DNA from: a virus
Taxonomy: Duplodnaviria > Caudoviricetes
Strand: one strand, 5' to 3'
DNA: 64,000 nucleotides
IMG/VR virus record: IMGVR_UViG_3300038525_000015
Span: 16,980-80,979 of that record
Made by a program: the position numbers and the translations under genes. The notes below the pieces were generated by a model that had not been told where the DNA came from, ran no database searches, and saw only the letters and a list, made by a program, of their open reading frames with translations. Positions 17,408 to 26,388 of the stretch are shown here, piece after piece (the first letter of the stretch is position 1; each line of letters starts with the position of its first letter).

Positions 17408-18160
17408 ATGGAACGCCACGAACGCATCGCAAAGGCCATCGCGGCCAGCGGCAAGAAGAAGGGGGAGATTGCAGACGCTTGCGGCGTCGCAGCCTCTGCC
17501 GTCACTCAATGGATTAACGGGACAAGCAAGAGCTTGCGACCCGAAAATCTGTACGCCCTGGCGAAAGTCACCGGGTTTCGTGCTGAGTGGCTCGCCATTG
17601 GAGAAGGCCCGGAGCGGGAGGCTGACTCCTCGCCCCCTCCCAAACCCATCGAATCGAACGCCCAACTGATCGGCATGATGTCCGGCTGGGACAGCAGCAC
17701 GCCGCTACATGACGACGAGGTAGCCATCCCCTTGTTCAAGGAAGTCGAGTTGGCCGCCGGCCATGGCGCCACTGAGGTCGTGGAAGTGCCGGGGCGCCTG
17801 CTGCGGTTCGCCAAATCCACCCTGCGCGAGGCCGGGGTCCAGGAGCACAACGCCGCCTGCGCCACGATCAGCGGCACCAGCATGGAACGCCTGATCATGG
17901 ATGGCGCAACGATCGGGATCGACCGGGGCACCACGAACATCATCGATGGCGAGATCTACGCCTTCGACCATGACGGCATGCTGCGCGTGAAGTACCTCTA
18001 CCGCATCCCTGGCGGTGGCCTGCGCGTGCGCAGCGAGAACAGCGAGGAGTACCCGGACGAGATCATCGAGCCCGACCAGCTCAGCCACGTCCGCATCCTG
18101 GGCTGGGTGTTCTGGTGGTCAACGATCCGGCGCCGGAACGGGCTGAGGCTGGCGAAGTAA
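17408..18160 (+). CDS. cI: CI repressor (HTH plus S24 autoprotease)
   Basis: HTH 'GEIADACGVAASAVTQW'; 'AAGHG' cleavage site; 'GTSME' Ser and 'RVKYL' Lys. Confidence 0.95.
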   Translation: MERHERIAKAIAASGKKKGEIADACGVAASAVTQWINGTSKSLRPENLYALAKVTGFRAEWLAIGEGPEREADSSPPPKPIESNAQLIGMMSGWDSSTPLHDDEVAIPLFKEVELAAGHGATEVVEVPGRLLRFAKSTLREAGVQEHNAACATISGTSMERLIMDGATIGIDRGTTNIIDGEIYAFDHDGMLRVKYLYRIPGGGLRVRSENSEEYPDEIIEPDQLSHVRILGWVFWWSTIRRRNGLRLAK

Positions 18161-18193
18161 TCGCGCAGCCAGACATAGCCATAGGAGTTGCAC

Positions 18194-18499
18194 ATGGAAG
18201 ATAGAGCCGGCATGCCAATTACGCAGGATGACGTGACATTCACGGTCAGTGAATTCATGGAGTTCCTGGCTGCTACCGGGCGCAGCAGCAAGTGCCCGGT
18301 CTGCCCACACCAAGGCGACTGGATCTTCCACACCATGCCCGACAACGAAACGGTGGCGATCTACGCCGCCAAGCACTTTGGCATGGATGATGGCTATATG
18401 CCTGTCGCCTACATGGAATGCCCTACTTGCGGCTTTCTACAGCAAACCAGCCTCTTTGCTGTGATGTGCCATAGAAAAGGAGTTCGCAATGAGTCGTGA
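18194..18499 (+). CDS. Zinc-ribbon protein downstream of cI
   Basis: 'CPVC' and 'CPTCG'; AGGAG RBS. Confidence 0.75.
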   Translation: MEDRAGMPITQDDVTFTVSEFMEFLAATGRSSKCPVCPHQGDWIFHTMPDNETVAIYAAKHFGMDDGYMPVAYMECPTCGFLQQTSLFAVMCHRKGVRNES

Positions 18500-18809
18500 C
18501 CTGCGCCTGGCGGTCAACAATGTGCGGCACGGCGAGTGGACCGAAACCGCCCTGCGGCGCCATACTGGGGGAAATCCACCGGGAGGTGATGGAATGGATG
18601 GCCGCATCCGAGACCTTGAGCGCGACATGACCGACGTGAAGGTGGCGCTCGGCAAGGTGGAGACTCGCCTTGCGAACATCGAACAGAACATGCTCACCAA
18701 GGGCCAGATGGCGATCTACGCCCTGATGGGCGGCATTGCTGTATTCGGCGCCGGCTGGTGGGTTGTTCAGCAGTACCTGGCTCCGCTGGTGGCGAGCCTG
18801 CCGAAATGA
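18489..18809 (+). CDS. Coiled-coil protein with C-terminal transmembrane helix
   Basis: 'RIRDLERDMTDVKVALGKVETRL' then 'IYALMGGIAVFGAGWWVV'; AGGAG RBS. Confidence 0.75.
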   Translation: MSRDLRLAVNNVRHGEWTETALRRHTGGNPPGGDGMDGRIRDLERDMTDVKVALGKVETRLANIEQNMLTKGQMAIYALMGGIAVFGAGWWVVQQYLAPLVASLPK

Positions 18810-18850
18810 TTGATTGGCAAGTCGAGCCTCATCGCGCGCAAACATAACCA

Positions 18851-18941
18851 AGCCCCGCACCTCGCGGGGCTTTTTGTTTCTGCGCCACAGCCACCGCCTG
18901 ACCCGACACCCTTCCCCGGCCCGCATTGCGCGGGCTTTTTT
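18851..18941 (+). terminator. Two tandem intrinsic terminators ending the cI operon
   Basis: GCCCCGCACCTCGCGGGGC-TTTTT (18852) and GCCCGCATTGCGCGGGC-TTTTTT (18919). Confidence 0.8.
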
Positions 18942-18981
18942 GTGCCCGTGAGACGCACCTTCCCCCTCTGCTGAAGAATTA

Positions 18982-19034
18982 ATTTCAGTTTGCTTAATTT
19001 TCTTCTTGACGGACGATTTCAGATTGCTTAATTT
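18982..19034 (+). promoter_or_regulatory. OL operators and pL
   Basis: ATTTCAGTTTGCTTAATTT (18982) and ATTTCAGATTGCTTAATTT (19016), same consensus as OR; TTGACG-17-TAATTT. Confidence 0.8.
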
Positions 19035-19167
19035 TCACATCAACGCCGGCACACACCGGCAGGCCGAAAGGTCACGCACAGCTCTGGTGAAGACGCCAGA
19101 TAGCAAGGGGGCAGCGAAATGCCTTCCCGGCCCCGAAGAGGGATCGACCGGATCTGGCAGACAGATA

Positions 19168-19178
19168 GTTCTTTGACA
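19168..19178 (+). promoter_or_regulatory. nut boxA-like element
   Basis: GTTCTTTGACA resembles lambdoid boxA GCTCTTTAACA, ~130 nt after pL, followed by hairpin. Confidence 0.5.
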
Positions 19179-19289
19179 TGCGTTGCGCCGCCCAAGAGGC
19201 CAGTAGCTGCGGGCGGCGAGCAAGACAGACGATTCCTCGGTGCGCCTCAAGCGGGGCGCATCAGGGGGAATCCACTGGAGGGAAACAGA

Positions 19290-19502
19290 ATGCAAATCGC
19301 GGTACTCAACTTCGACTGCAGCAAGCTCGACGCCACCCCGGCAAGCCGCACCCTGATGGGCGTTTCGGCTTACGACGCGGACGGCGCCACGGTGCTGGAG
19401 AACTTCAACATCGAGCAGATCGTTGACCACTTCGGCATCGACGACCTGCTGGACGAGATTGGCGAGGAGGTAGCTCGCCGCCACTTCGAAATCGAGGGGT
19501 GA
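19290..19502 (+). CDS. Acidic hypothetical protein, 70 aa
   Basis: GGAGG RBS; first gene of pL operon. Confidence 0.7.
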   Translation: MQIAVLNFDCSKLDATPASRTLMGVSAYDADGATVLENFNIEQIVDHFGIDDLLDEIGEEVARRHFEIEG

Positions 19503-19505
19503 ACG

Positions 19506-19712
19506 ATGGCTAAGTTCGACATCGATAGCCACATAAGCAACGGCAAGCGCATCGACTGGCTCGCCCTGCCGGATCAGGGCGAGTCTGTCACGGACACAGT
19601 CACCCAGGTGAAGCAGGCGGCAATGACCAAGTTCGGCATTGATGCCTTCCTGGCTCGCTGGTCGCACGTCGTGGCCAGCAATGGGTTCGTGACCGTGCAG
19701 ATGCACACCTGA
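19506..19712 (+). CDS. Hypothetical protein, 68 aa
   Basis: GAGGGG RBS, operonic. Confidence 0.7.
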   Translation: MAKFDIDSHISNGKRIDWLALPDQGESVTDTVTQVKQAAMTKFGIDAFLARWSHVVASNGFVTVQMHT

Positions 19713-19776
19713 CCGCTTCACTGGATGCCCTTCTCACGAGGGGCATCTGGGAAGCCTTTCCACGGAAGACCCCGCC

Positions 19777-20148
19777 ATGACCGATTACATCGAACTCGCC
19801 GGCTGGCGTGTCCAGCTGGCCAACCGCCTGACTGCGAAGGAAGGCGAGGCCGTTGCGCTGGCCGCCGCCGGCAATACGGCGAAGGAGTCAGCGCGCGCCC
19901 TGGGAGTTTCTCAGGACACCGTCAAGGACCGCTGGCTCAATGCTCGCGACAAATTCGGCTACATCGGTAGCCTTCGCGAGCTACTGGTGCATATGGCCCT
20001 GAAAGGCCTCATCGCCCCGCTCTGCCTGATGCTCACCCTGGCTGGCCCGTTCCAGCAGCAGACCCAGCCGGTGCGCCGGCCGGAGGCGCCGCGCTCGGCG
20101 CAGATGGTGCGCGTGCAGCGAATCGAATTCACCTATCTGGCCGCGTGA
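19777..20148 (+). CDS. LuxR-type HTH protein, copy 1
   Basis: 'LTAKEGEAVALAAAGNTAKESARALGVSQDTVK'. Confidence 0.85.
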   Translation: MTDYIELAGWRVQLANRLTAKEGEAVALAAAGNTAKESARALGVSQDTVKDRWLNARDKFGYIGSLRELLVHMALKGLIAPLCLMLTLAGPFQQQTQPVRRPEAPRSAQMVRVQRIEFTYLAA

Positions 20149-20181
20149 GGCGGGGCCAGGCATCACTCAAGAGGAAAGGAC

Positions 20182-20442
20182 ATGCCTGAACATGCGAAAT
20201 GCCGAGGATGCGGAAAGAAGCTCGGCGGCACGCCATACCATCTAGGCGGCCATGCGTACGATCCGGACACGGGCGAGGCTGTTAAGGCCTGCCACTACGG
20301 CGGATGGGTTTGCTCACGGGAGTGCGACGTTCGGGCCTGCGTTGAGCTTGAGGGGACCATGCCTGGGTGCAGAACAGTTAACCAGTTCGACCGGCTCAGC
20401 TGCTTTGCAAAAGACCGCATTCGAGATAACTGGCGCGACTAA
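20182..20442 (+). CDS. Cys-rich hypothetical protein, 86 aa
   Basis: 'CRGCG', 'CHYGGWVCSREC'; GAGGAAAGGA RBS. Confidence 0.75.
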   Translation: MPEHAKCRGCGKKLGGTPYHLGGHAYDPDTGEAVKACHYGGWVCSRECDVRACVELEGTMPGCRTVNQFDRLSCFAKDRIRDNWRD

Positions 20443-20507
20443 CCCGCCCACCCTGCCGGTAGCAGGCCCACACGCCAACCACACAAGAACAAGAGGCGAA
20501 CCCCGCC

Positions 20508-20879
20508 ATGACCGAATACATCGAGCTGGCCGGCTGGCGAGTTCAGCTCACCAACCGCCTGACCGCGAAAGAGGCCGAGGCCATTGCCCTGGCTGCGGCC
20601 GGCAAGACGGCGAAGGAAGCCGCCCGCACCCTGGGCGTATCCCCGGCCACGATCCAAGACCGCTGGCTGCATGCCCGCGACAAGCTTGGGTATCTCCCCA
20701 GCCTGCGCGATCTGCTGGTACAGGCGGCACTGCGCGGGCTGATCGCCCCGCTCTGCCTGATGCTGGCCATGGCCGGCCCGATGCAGCAGCAGACCCAGCC
20801 GGTGCGCCGGCCGGAAGCGCCGAGGTCGGTGCAGATGGTCAGGGTGCAGCGGATCGAATTCACCTATCTGGCCGCGTGA
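20508..20879 (+). CDS. LuxR-type HTH protein, copy 2
   Basis: 100/123 residues identical to copy 1 (hand count). Confidence 0.85.
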   Translation: MTEYIELAGWRVQLTNRLTAKEAEAIALAAAGKTAKEAARTLGVSPATIQDRWLHARDKLGYLPSLRDLLVQAALRGLIAPLCLMLAMAGPMQQQTQPVRRPEAPRSVQMVRVQRIEFTYLAA

Positions 20880-20911
20880 GGCGGATCAGGCATCACTCAA
20901 GAGGAAAGGAC

Positions 20912-21202
20912 ATGAGCGAACAGCTGACGCTGGATGGCAAGCCGATCGAGAAGACCATAACCATGCACTGTTACTTGGTGGGTGATCACGATTACTACGC
21001 CGCTACCTCTGGCGACGAAGCAGAGCGCCTGCATCTTGATCTCCTCGGACTGGATGACGACGAGCGCGAAGAAGCGCAGCTGGTCATCGGCGAGCTTCTG
21101 GATAAACCATGGGTTGATGAAGACACCCGAGAGCCTTGCGGAACCCTTCGTCAATGGCTTGCCGAGGCTACTGAGCCTGGCTGGCTCGCTGGCACCGAGT
21201 GA
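20912..21202 (+). CDS. Acidic hypothetical protein, 96 aa
   Basis: Same GAGGAAAGGA RBS block as 20182 gene. Confidence 0.75.
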   Translation: MSEQLTLDGKPIEKTITMHCYLVGDHDYYAATSGDEAERLHLDLLGLDDDEREEAQLVIGELLDKPWVDEDTREPCGTLRQWLAEATEPGWLAGTE

Positions 21203-21400
21203 CCGCCCCGCGTGGCCGTTCGCCATGCTGCTGAGTTAGCGCCGGCATACACCACCGGCAGATCGTGGGGCCAACCATGGATCAAAGCGCTCGGCAGTGA
21301 ATAAACGGCAAGCCAGGGCGGCCGGTGAATGCCGGCGACCCCTGTAACGCAGTAGCCGCGCTGCGGGCGAAAGAGCGGCCCGATTCACCCAGCAGGGCGG

Positions 21401-21542
21401 ATCGGGAATGGATGAATGCGCAGGCTGATGCGCGGGGGCCTGTAACTGCCCATATGGCGGTCGCTCAAAAGTGGCTGAGGTGTAATGACTCAGGCTCTTG
21501 TTCCCAAAATGCCAGGATCAGCTCTGGCCATCCATTCCCGAT
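21401..21542 (+). ncRNA. C4 antisense-RNA-like structured RNA
   Basis: Perfect 14-bp closing stem ATCGGGAATGGATG/CATCCATTCCCGAT enclosing GCGCAGGCTGATGCGC and GCCAGGATCAGCTCTGGC hairpins; family match from memory, not searched. Confidence 0.55.
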
Positions 21543-21577
21543 GCGTCCTGCATCAATCCCAACCCCCGGAGACCACC

Positions 21578-21826
21578 ATGCTCCTGATCATCCTGATCGG
21601 CGCAGCCCTTCGCCATGCGCGTCCCGAAAGCGCGCCTGACGCAAAGAAGGCTGACGCCGATGTGCTGCGGCATTGCCCGCCTTGCGAGCGATGTACCAGC
21701 GGGGTCGCAGTCGTTCGGGCGACGGCCTCCCCGCCAAGAAACCCCGTACCTCGGGTGGATACCACGTCCGCTCACGCCTGGGGACGAACTGATGGAGCGA
21801 TTCGGTCCGGTTGGCGCCCGGTTTAG
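21578..21826 (+). CDS. Hypothetical protein with hydrophobic N-terminus, 82 aa
   Basis: GGAG RBS; MLLIILIGAALRHARPE. Confidence 0.45.
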   Translation: MLLIILIGAALRHARPESAPDAKKADADVLRHCPPCERCTSGVAVVRATASPPRNPVPRVDTTSAHAWGRTDGAIRSGWRPV

Positions 21827-21991
21827 GACTCAGCAGCCATTACGCACCAGTCCCTGGGCATGGACAGAAAAGGCCCGCCTCAACACCAATCCCCTCGCCT
21901 CCTTCCTGCTGGTCACTGGTCTCCATCAACGAAACCAGGGTCCGCGATAGCCAGTGCCCAGCAGAAAGGACGCGACCACGGAGGACACGCC

Positions 21992-22390
21992 ATGTCCATG
22001 TACGCAGCAATTGCCCGCAGCAGCCATTCGATGCGCCTGGCGCAGATTGCCCATGACAACGCCGATCCGCCGGAGGAAGTGACGCCCTGGCTGGAAACCA
22101 CCGAGGGCGCCAACTGGCTGCACGGCACGGCGCTGGATCTTCGCCACGGCCGCGACTTCAAGCTGGACGGCAAGGTGAAGGTTTCGGTTCGCGCCTTCCT
22201 GCTGGAGTTTGCGCCAGCCGCCTCCGAGCTGATGGCTGCAGATACCGACTTCGAGCTGGAGCAGGACCTGGCCGCCGGCCGCCCGCCGCGCACGGAGCGC
22301 TTCGAGAAGCTGGCCCAGGAGATCGCCGAGCGCCTGGTTGCGCCGCACGCCGACGAGGCCGAACAAGAACTGCTGATGGAGATGTTCTAA
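21992..22390 (+). CDS. Hypothetical phage protein, 132 aa
   Basis: GGAGG RBS; 'RLAQIAHDNADPPE'. Confidence 0.75.
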   Translation: MSMYAAIARSSHSMRLAQIAHDNADPPEEVTPWLETTEGANWLHGTALDLRHGRDFKLDGKVKVSVRAFLLEFAPAASELMAADTDFELEQDLAAGRPPRTERFEKLAQEIAERLVAPHADEAEQELLMEMF

Positions 22391-22677
22391 TGAGCAAGGA
22401 AGTGAAGCGGTACAACTTCGACGTGGACAAATTCGGATCGCCGCGCGCGTACGAATCTGAACACGGCCGCTGGATGAAGCGCGCCGACTACGACGCCCTG
22501 CTCGCTGAGCGGGATGCTCTGGCAAAGGATGCGGAGCGGTATCGGTGGCTGCGCAATCCAGATCAAGACGTGGCCCTTGTGCTGGACAAGATGGTCAGCT
22601 CGGGGGTGTACGAATATCGCGCCGGTGATGAGCTTGACGCAGCTATCGACGCCGCAATGCAAGGAGATCAGCAATGA
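22390..22677 (+). CDS. Hypothetical phage protein, 95 aa
   Basis: 'KDAERYRWLR', 'LDAAIDAAM' motifs. Confidence 0.75.
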   Translation: MSKEVKRYNFDVDKFGSPRAYESEHGRWMKRADYDALLAERDALAKDAERYRWLRNPDQDVALVLDKMVSSGVYEYRAGDELDAAIDAAMQGDQQ

Positions 22678-22892
22678 CCACTCCCCTCATCCCCTCTTTG
22701 GTAGACGACCAGCTGGCCGAACTGGACAGCTACGACACCCAGGAGGCAGTCGGCGAGACGCCCGAGGCCGCCATCCGTGCCGCCGAAGGACTTGGCCTGG
22801 ATGGCTGGCCCCGCAGTGCCTCACGCGAAGATCGGGAGGGTCGGATGCTGTGGGTTCACCGGTACGAGCGGCCGGAGGTGCGCCGTGCCTGA
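22674..22892 (+). CDS. Hypothetical phage protein, 72 aa
   Basis: ATGA coupling; 'TTPLIPSLVDDQLAEL'. Confidence 0.65.
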   Translation: MTTPLIPSLVDDQLAELDSYDTQEAVGETPEAAIRAAEGLGLDGWPRSASREDREGRMLWVHRYERPEVRRA

Positions 22893-23037
22893 CAAAGAAC
22901 GCGCCCGCACCCACTTCGAGGCCCGCGCCATCGTCTACGGCCTCGACATCGCCAAGTGCACCAACGGCCACGACTACGACAACGACGAGACCCAGCGCTA
23001 CTGGCTGGGTTTCTGCTGGGCGCTCGGCCTGGCCTGA
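22885..23037 (+). CDS. Hypothetical phage protein, 50 aa
   Basis: GGAGG RBS, GTG start; 'YDNDETQRYWLGF'. Confidence 0.6.
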   Translation: MPDKERARTHFEARAIVYGLDIAKCTNGHDYDNDETQRYWLGFCWALGLA

Positions 23038-23053
23038 ATTCAAGGAGTGCAAG

Positions 23054-23623
23054 ATGGAGATCGACTGTAGCAAGGCGCCGGAAGGGGCGACGCACTGGGG
23101 GCCGGAAACGGATTGCCATTGTGAGTCATGGTACGAAGTGAAGGATGGCGCGATAGTCCGGTTCCTCCCGGCGGACGAGGCTGCGCAACCAATGCGCTAT
23201 GCCGAGCATGGGCCGGCGTACTACCACTCAGTAAGTGATTTGGTAGCTCTTCCGGCCGCATGGACCGGCGCCGGCCTGCCACCTGTTGGCGCAAAGGTAG
23301 TCCTCAGCGACGCAAACCACGATGTCTTTGAGCCCTACAAGGAGATGATCGGCGTTGAGGTAGCGGTAGTCGCTTCGTTCGCATCCCCTGCCGGCTTTGA
23401 CATGATCGCATGCGCGCTGCCTGACGGCCTGTGCGGCTGCTTCAGAGCCGACATGGCTCGCCCCATCCGCACGCCTGAGCAGATCGCGGCGGAAGAGCGG
23501 GAGCGCGCCATCGACGACCTGTGCGCTTCCATCGTAAGCCACTACGAAGCGCCGAAAATGTCCGAGCATTACCTCGGCCTGGCCAGGGCCCTGCATGACG
23601 CCGGCTACCGCAAGCAAGCCTGA
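23054..23623 (+). CDS. Hypothetical phage protein, 189 aa
   Basis: 'KAPEGATHW', 'WTGAGLPPVG', 'RPIRTPEQIAAEERERAI', 'LHDAGYRKQ'. Confidence 0.8.
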   Translation: MEIDCSKAPEGATHWGPETDCHCESWYEVKDGAIVRFLPADEAAQPMRYAEHGPAYYHSVSDLVALPAAWTGAGLPPVGAKVVLSDANHDVFEPYKEMIGVEVAVVASFASPAGFDMIACALPDGLCGCFRADMARPIRTPEQIAAEERERAIDDLCASIVSHYEAPKMSEHYLGLARALHDAGYRKQA

Positions 23624-23688
23624 CCCCCCCTCCCTCTCAATTCACCGAATGCGCGGCGCCGTAGGGGTTGCTGCGCGTGGAGAAAAGC

Positions 23689-24462
23689 ATGACCGACCTT
23701 ACCGCCGCTGCCCCGCAGCAGGGGTTCAGCCTCACCCCGAAATCCCTCGACGAGGCCATGCGCTTCGCTGACATCCTGGCTAAGTCCAGCATCGTGCCCA
23801 AGGACTTCTCCGGCAACCCCGGCAACATCCTGGTGGCCATCCAGTGGGGTCTGGAGCTGGGCCTGCAGCCCATGCAGGCGATGCAGAACATCGCGGTCAT
23901 CAACGGCCGCCCTGCTCTCTGGGGCGACGCGGTAATCGCCCTGGTTCGCAGCTCCCCGCTGTGCGAGTACATCTACGAGACCGACGACGGCGAGACGGCC
24001 ACCTGCCGGGTGAAGCGCCGTGGCGAAGAAGAGCAGGTCCGCACATTCAGCATGGCCGACGCGAAGGTCGCTGGCCTGCTGGGCAAGGCTGGCCCCTGGA
24101 CGCAGCACCCCCGGCGCATGCGCCAGATGCGCGCCCGGGCCTTCGCCCTGCGCGACGTGTTCCCGGACGTGCTGCGCGGGATGCCGGTAGCCGAGGAAGT
24201 GCAGGACATGGTTCCGGCGGAGCGCGACATGGGCTCGGTACCGCGCACCACGCCGCAGCAAAATCAGCTCCCCGCAGCTCTGCCGGCTTACCCCGACGAG
24301 AAGCTGGCCGAGATGCTGCCGGCCTGGCAGGCCGCTATCGCGGAAGAGAAAACCACCCCCGAGCGGATCATCAAGATGGTGCAGTCGAAGCACGTCCTGA
24401 CCGATGACCAGCGCCAGAAGATCATGGACCTACAGCCGGCCCTGGAGGGCTCCGCACAATGA
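23689..24462 (+). CDS. recT: RecT-like ssDNA annealing protein
   Basis: 'IQWGLELGLQPMQAMQNIAVINGRPALWG', 'PRRMRQMRARAFALRDVFPD'; paired with YqaJ. Confidence 0.85.
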   Translation: MTDLTAAAPQQGFSLTPKSLDEAMRFADILAKSSIVPKDFSGNPGNILVAIQWGLELGLQPMQAMQNIAVINGRPALWGDAVIALVRSSPLCEYIYETDDGETATCRVKRRGEEEQVRTFSMADAKVAGLLGKAGPWTQHPRRMRQMRARAFALRDVFPDVLRGMPVAEEVQDMVPAERDMGSVPRTTPQQNQLPAALPAYPDEKLAEMLPAWQAAIAEEKTTPERIIKMVQSKHVLTDDQRQKIMDLQPALEGSAQ

Positions 24463-26021
24463 GCATGACCATTCATGACGTAGCCCAAGGCACCCCGGAG
24501 TGGCACGCCCTGCGCGCCGATCACTTCACCGCCTCCGAGGCGCCCGCGATGATGGGCGCCTCGAAGTACCAAAGCCGGACCGAGCTGCTGCAGGCGAAGA
24601 AGTCCGGCCTGGTGCCGGAGGTGACCCCAGCCCAGCAGGCGCTGTTCGATCGCGGCCATGAAACCGAGGCCCTGGCCCGCCCCATCGTCGAAGAGACGCT
24701 GGGCGAGGACCTGTATCCGGTGGTTGGCACCAGCGGCAACCTGCTGGCCAGCCTCGACGGCCTGACCATGCTGGGCGACGTCATCTTCGAGCACAAGTTG
24801 TGGAATGAAGAGCTGGCCGCCCAGGTGCGCGCCGGCGAGCTGGATCCGCACTACTACTGGCAGCTTGAGCAGCAGCTGCTGGTCAGCGGCGCCGAGCGGG
24901 TGATCTTCGTGGTATCGGACGGCACCCGGGAGCGCTTCGCTCACATGGAATACCGCCCGGTGCCTGGCCGCGCCGAGCAGCTGGTGGCCGGCTGGAAGCA
25001 GTTCGAGCAGGATCTGGCCGCATTCGAAGTGCGGGCGCCGGCCGAGCCTGCCGCCGTTGGCCGCGCACCCGACGCACTGCCGGCCCTGCGCATCGAAGTC
25101 ACCGGCATGGTGACTGCCAGCAACCTTCAGGCCTTCCGTGATCACGCCATGGCTGTGCTGGGCGGCATCAAGACCGAGCTCGCCACCGATCAGGACTTCG
25201 CGGACGCCGACAAGACGGTCAAGTGGTGCAAGGACGTCGAAGATCGCCTGGCAGCGGCCAAGAGCCATGCCCTCAGCCAGACCGCCAGCATCGACGAGCT
25301 GTTCCGCACGCTCAACGCAATCGCCGACGAGACTCGGGCCAAACGCCTGGAGCTCGACAAGCTTGTGAAGGCCCGCAAGGAAACCATCCGCCTGGATATC
25401 AAGGCCAAGGCGGAAGCCGCGCTGGCCGCGCATATCACCGAGCTGGAAAAGGGCCTGATGCCGGTTCGCCTGCCCCGCACCACTGCCGACATTGCCGGCG
25501 CCATGAAGGGCAAGAAGACCGTCGCCAGCCTGAAGGATGCTGCTGATACCGAGCTGGCCAAGGCCAAGATCGAGGCCGGCGCCATCGCCGAGCGGATCGC
25601 TACCAACCTGCGCACTGTCCGCGAGAAGGCGCCCGATCACGGCTTCCTGTTCAACGACCTGCAGGAGCTGGCCCAGAAGGATCCCGAGGCGGTGGCTGCC
25701 ATCGTGGCCCAGCGCCTGGCCGACCACCAGCAGGCCGAGCAGCGCCGCCAAGATGTCGAGCGCGAGCGCATCCGGGCAGAGGAGCAGGCGAAGCTGGCCA
25801 AGCCGGCGCCCGCTCCGGTGATGGACGACGAGCCGTTCGTCTCCCAGCTTTCGGAGCAGATCGGTCTGGCGCCGCGCCGTTCGGCTCCGGCGGAAACCAT
25901 CACCATCACCCGCGCCGAGTACGACCAGCTGCTGGCAGATCAGCGCCTGCTGCGCGCCCTGCAGGCTGCCGGCGTGGATAACTGGGATGGCTACAGCGAG
26001 GCGCTGCAGGAGGTCGCCTGA
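24459..26021 (+). CDS. YqaJ-type viral exonuclease with coiled-coil extension
   Basis: 'QGTPEWHALR...TASEAP', 'LASLDGL', 'FEHK', 'YYWQLEQQLLV'. Confidence 0.92.
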   Translation: MSMTIHDVAQGTPEWHALRADHFTASEAPAMMGASKYQSRTELLQAKKSGLVPEVTPAQQALFDRGHETEALARPIVEETLGEDLYPVVGTSGNLLASLDGLTMLGDVIFEHKLWNEELAAQVRAGELDPHYYWQLEQQLLVSGAERVIFVVSDGTRERFAHMEYRPVPGRAEQLVAGWKQFEQDLAAFEVRAPAEPAAVGRAPDALPALRIEVTGMVTASNLQAFRDHAMAVLGGIKTELATDQDFADADKTVKWCKDVEDRLAAAKSHALSQTASIDELFRTLNAIADETRAKRLELDKLVKARKETIRLDIKAKAEAALAAHITELEKGLMPVRLPRTTADIAGAMKGKKTVASLKDAADTELAKAKIEAGAIAERIATNLRTVREKAPDHGFLFNDLQELAQKDPEAVAAIVAQRLADHQQAEQRRQDVERERIRAEEQAKLAKPAPAPVMDDEPFVSQLSEQIGLAPRRSAPAETITITRAEYDQLLADQRLLRALQAAGVDNWDGYSEALQEVA

Positions 26022-26359
26022 TGCACCTCTCCGCCTGGTACCGAGGCAAGCGCGTCACCGTGCCGGTTGAGGCGGTGACGCACTTCCTCGCCGACTGTAA
26101 GTACGTGGCCGCCCACCACCCTGGCGGCGTGCTGATCCTCACCGATTCGCTGACTCGACTGGAGCGAGAGCTGCCGGAGTTCATCCGTCTGCACCGTGGC
26201 GCCCTGGTGCGCCGCTCGCTGGTCACCGGCTTCCGCTCCCAGCGCATCAATGGCGATCGCCGTCTGATCGCCTTCGTCTCATTTCAGGCTGCGCCCATCA
26301 CTGTTGGTCCCACCCGGGCCGATCAGGTGGCGCAACTGGTCCTGCAGCGTGCCGCCTGA
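26021..26359 (+). CDS. Stand-alone LytTR DNA-binding protein
   Basis: 'THFLADCKYV', 'SLTRLE.ELPEFIRLHRGALV'. Confidence 0.85.
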   Translation: MHLSAWYRGKRVTVPVEAVTHFLADCKYVAAHHPGGVLILTDSLTRLERELPEFIRLHRGALVRRSLVTGFRSQRINGDRRLIAFVSFQAAPITVGPTRADQVAQLVLQRAA

Positions 26360-26388
26360 TGCGCGGCGCGCCTACTGGAGAACAACTA

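Noticed and set aside
19770-20914. CRISPR array or integron-like attC array
   Set aside because: Only two long coding repeats; no short repeat-spacer periodicity and no attC structure
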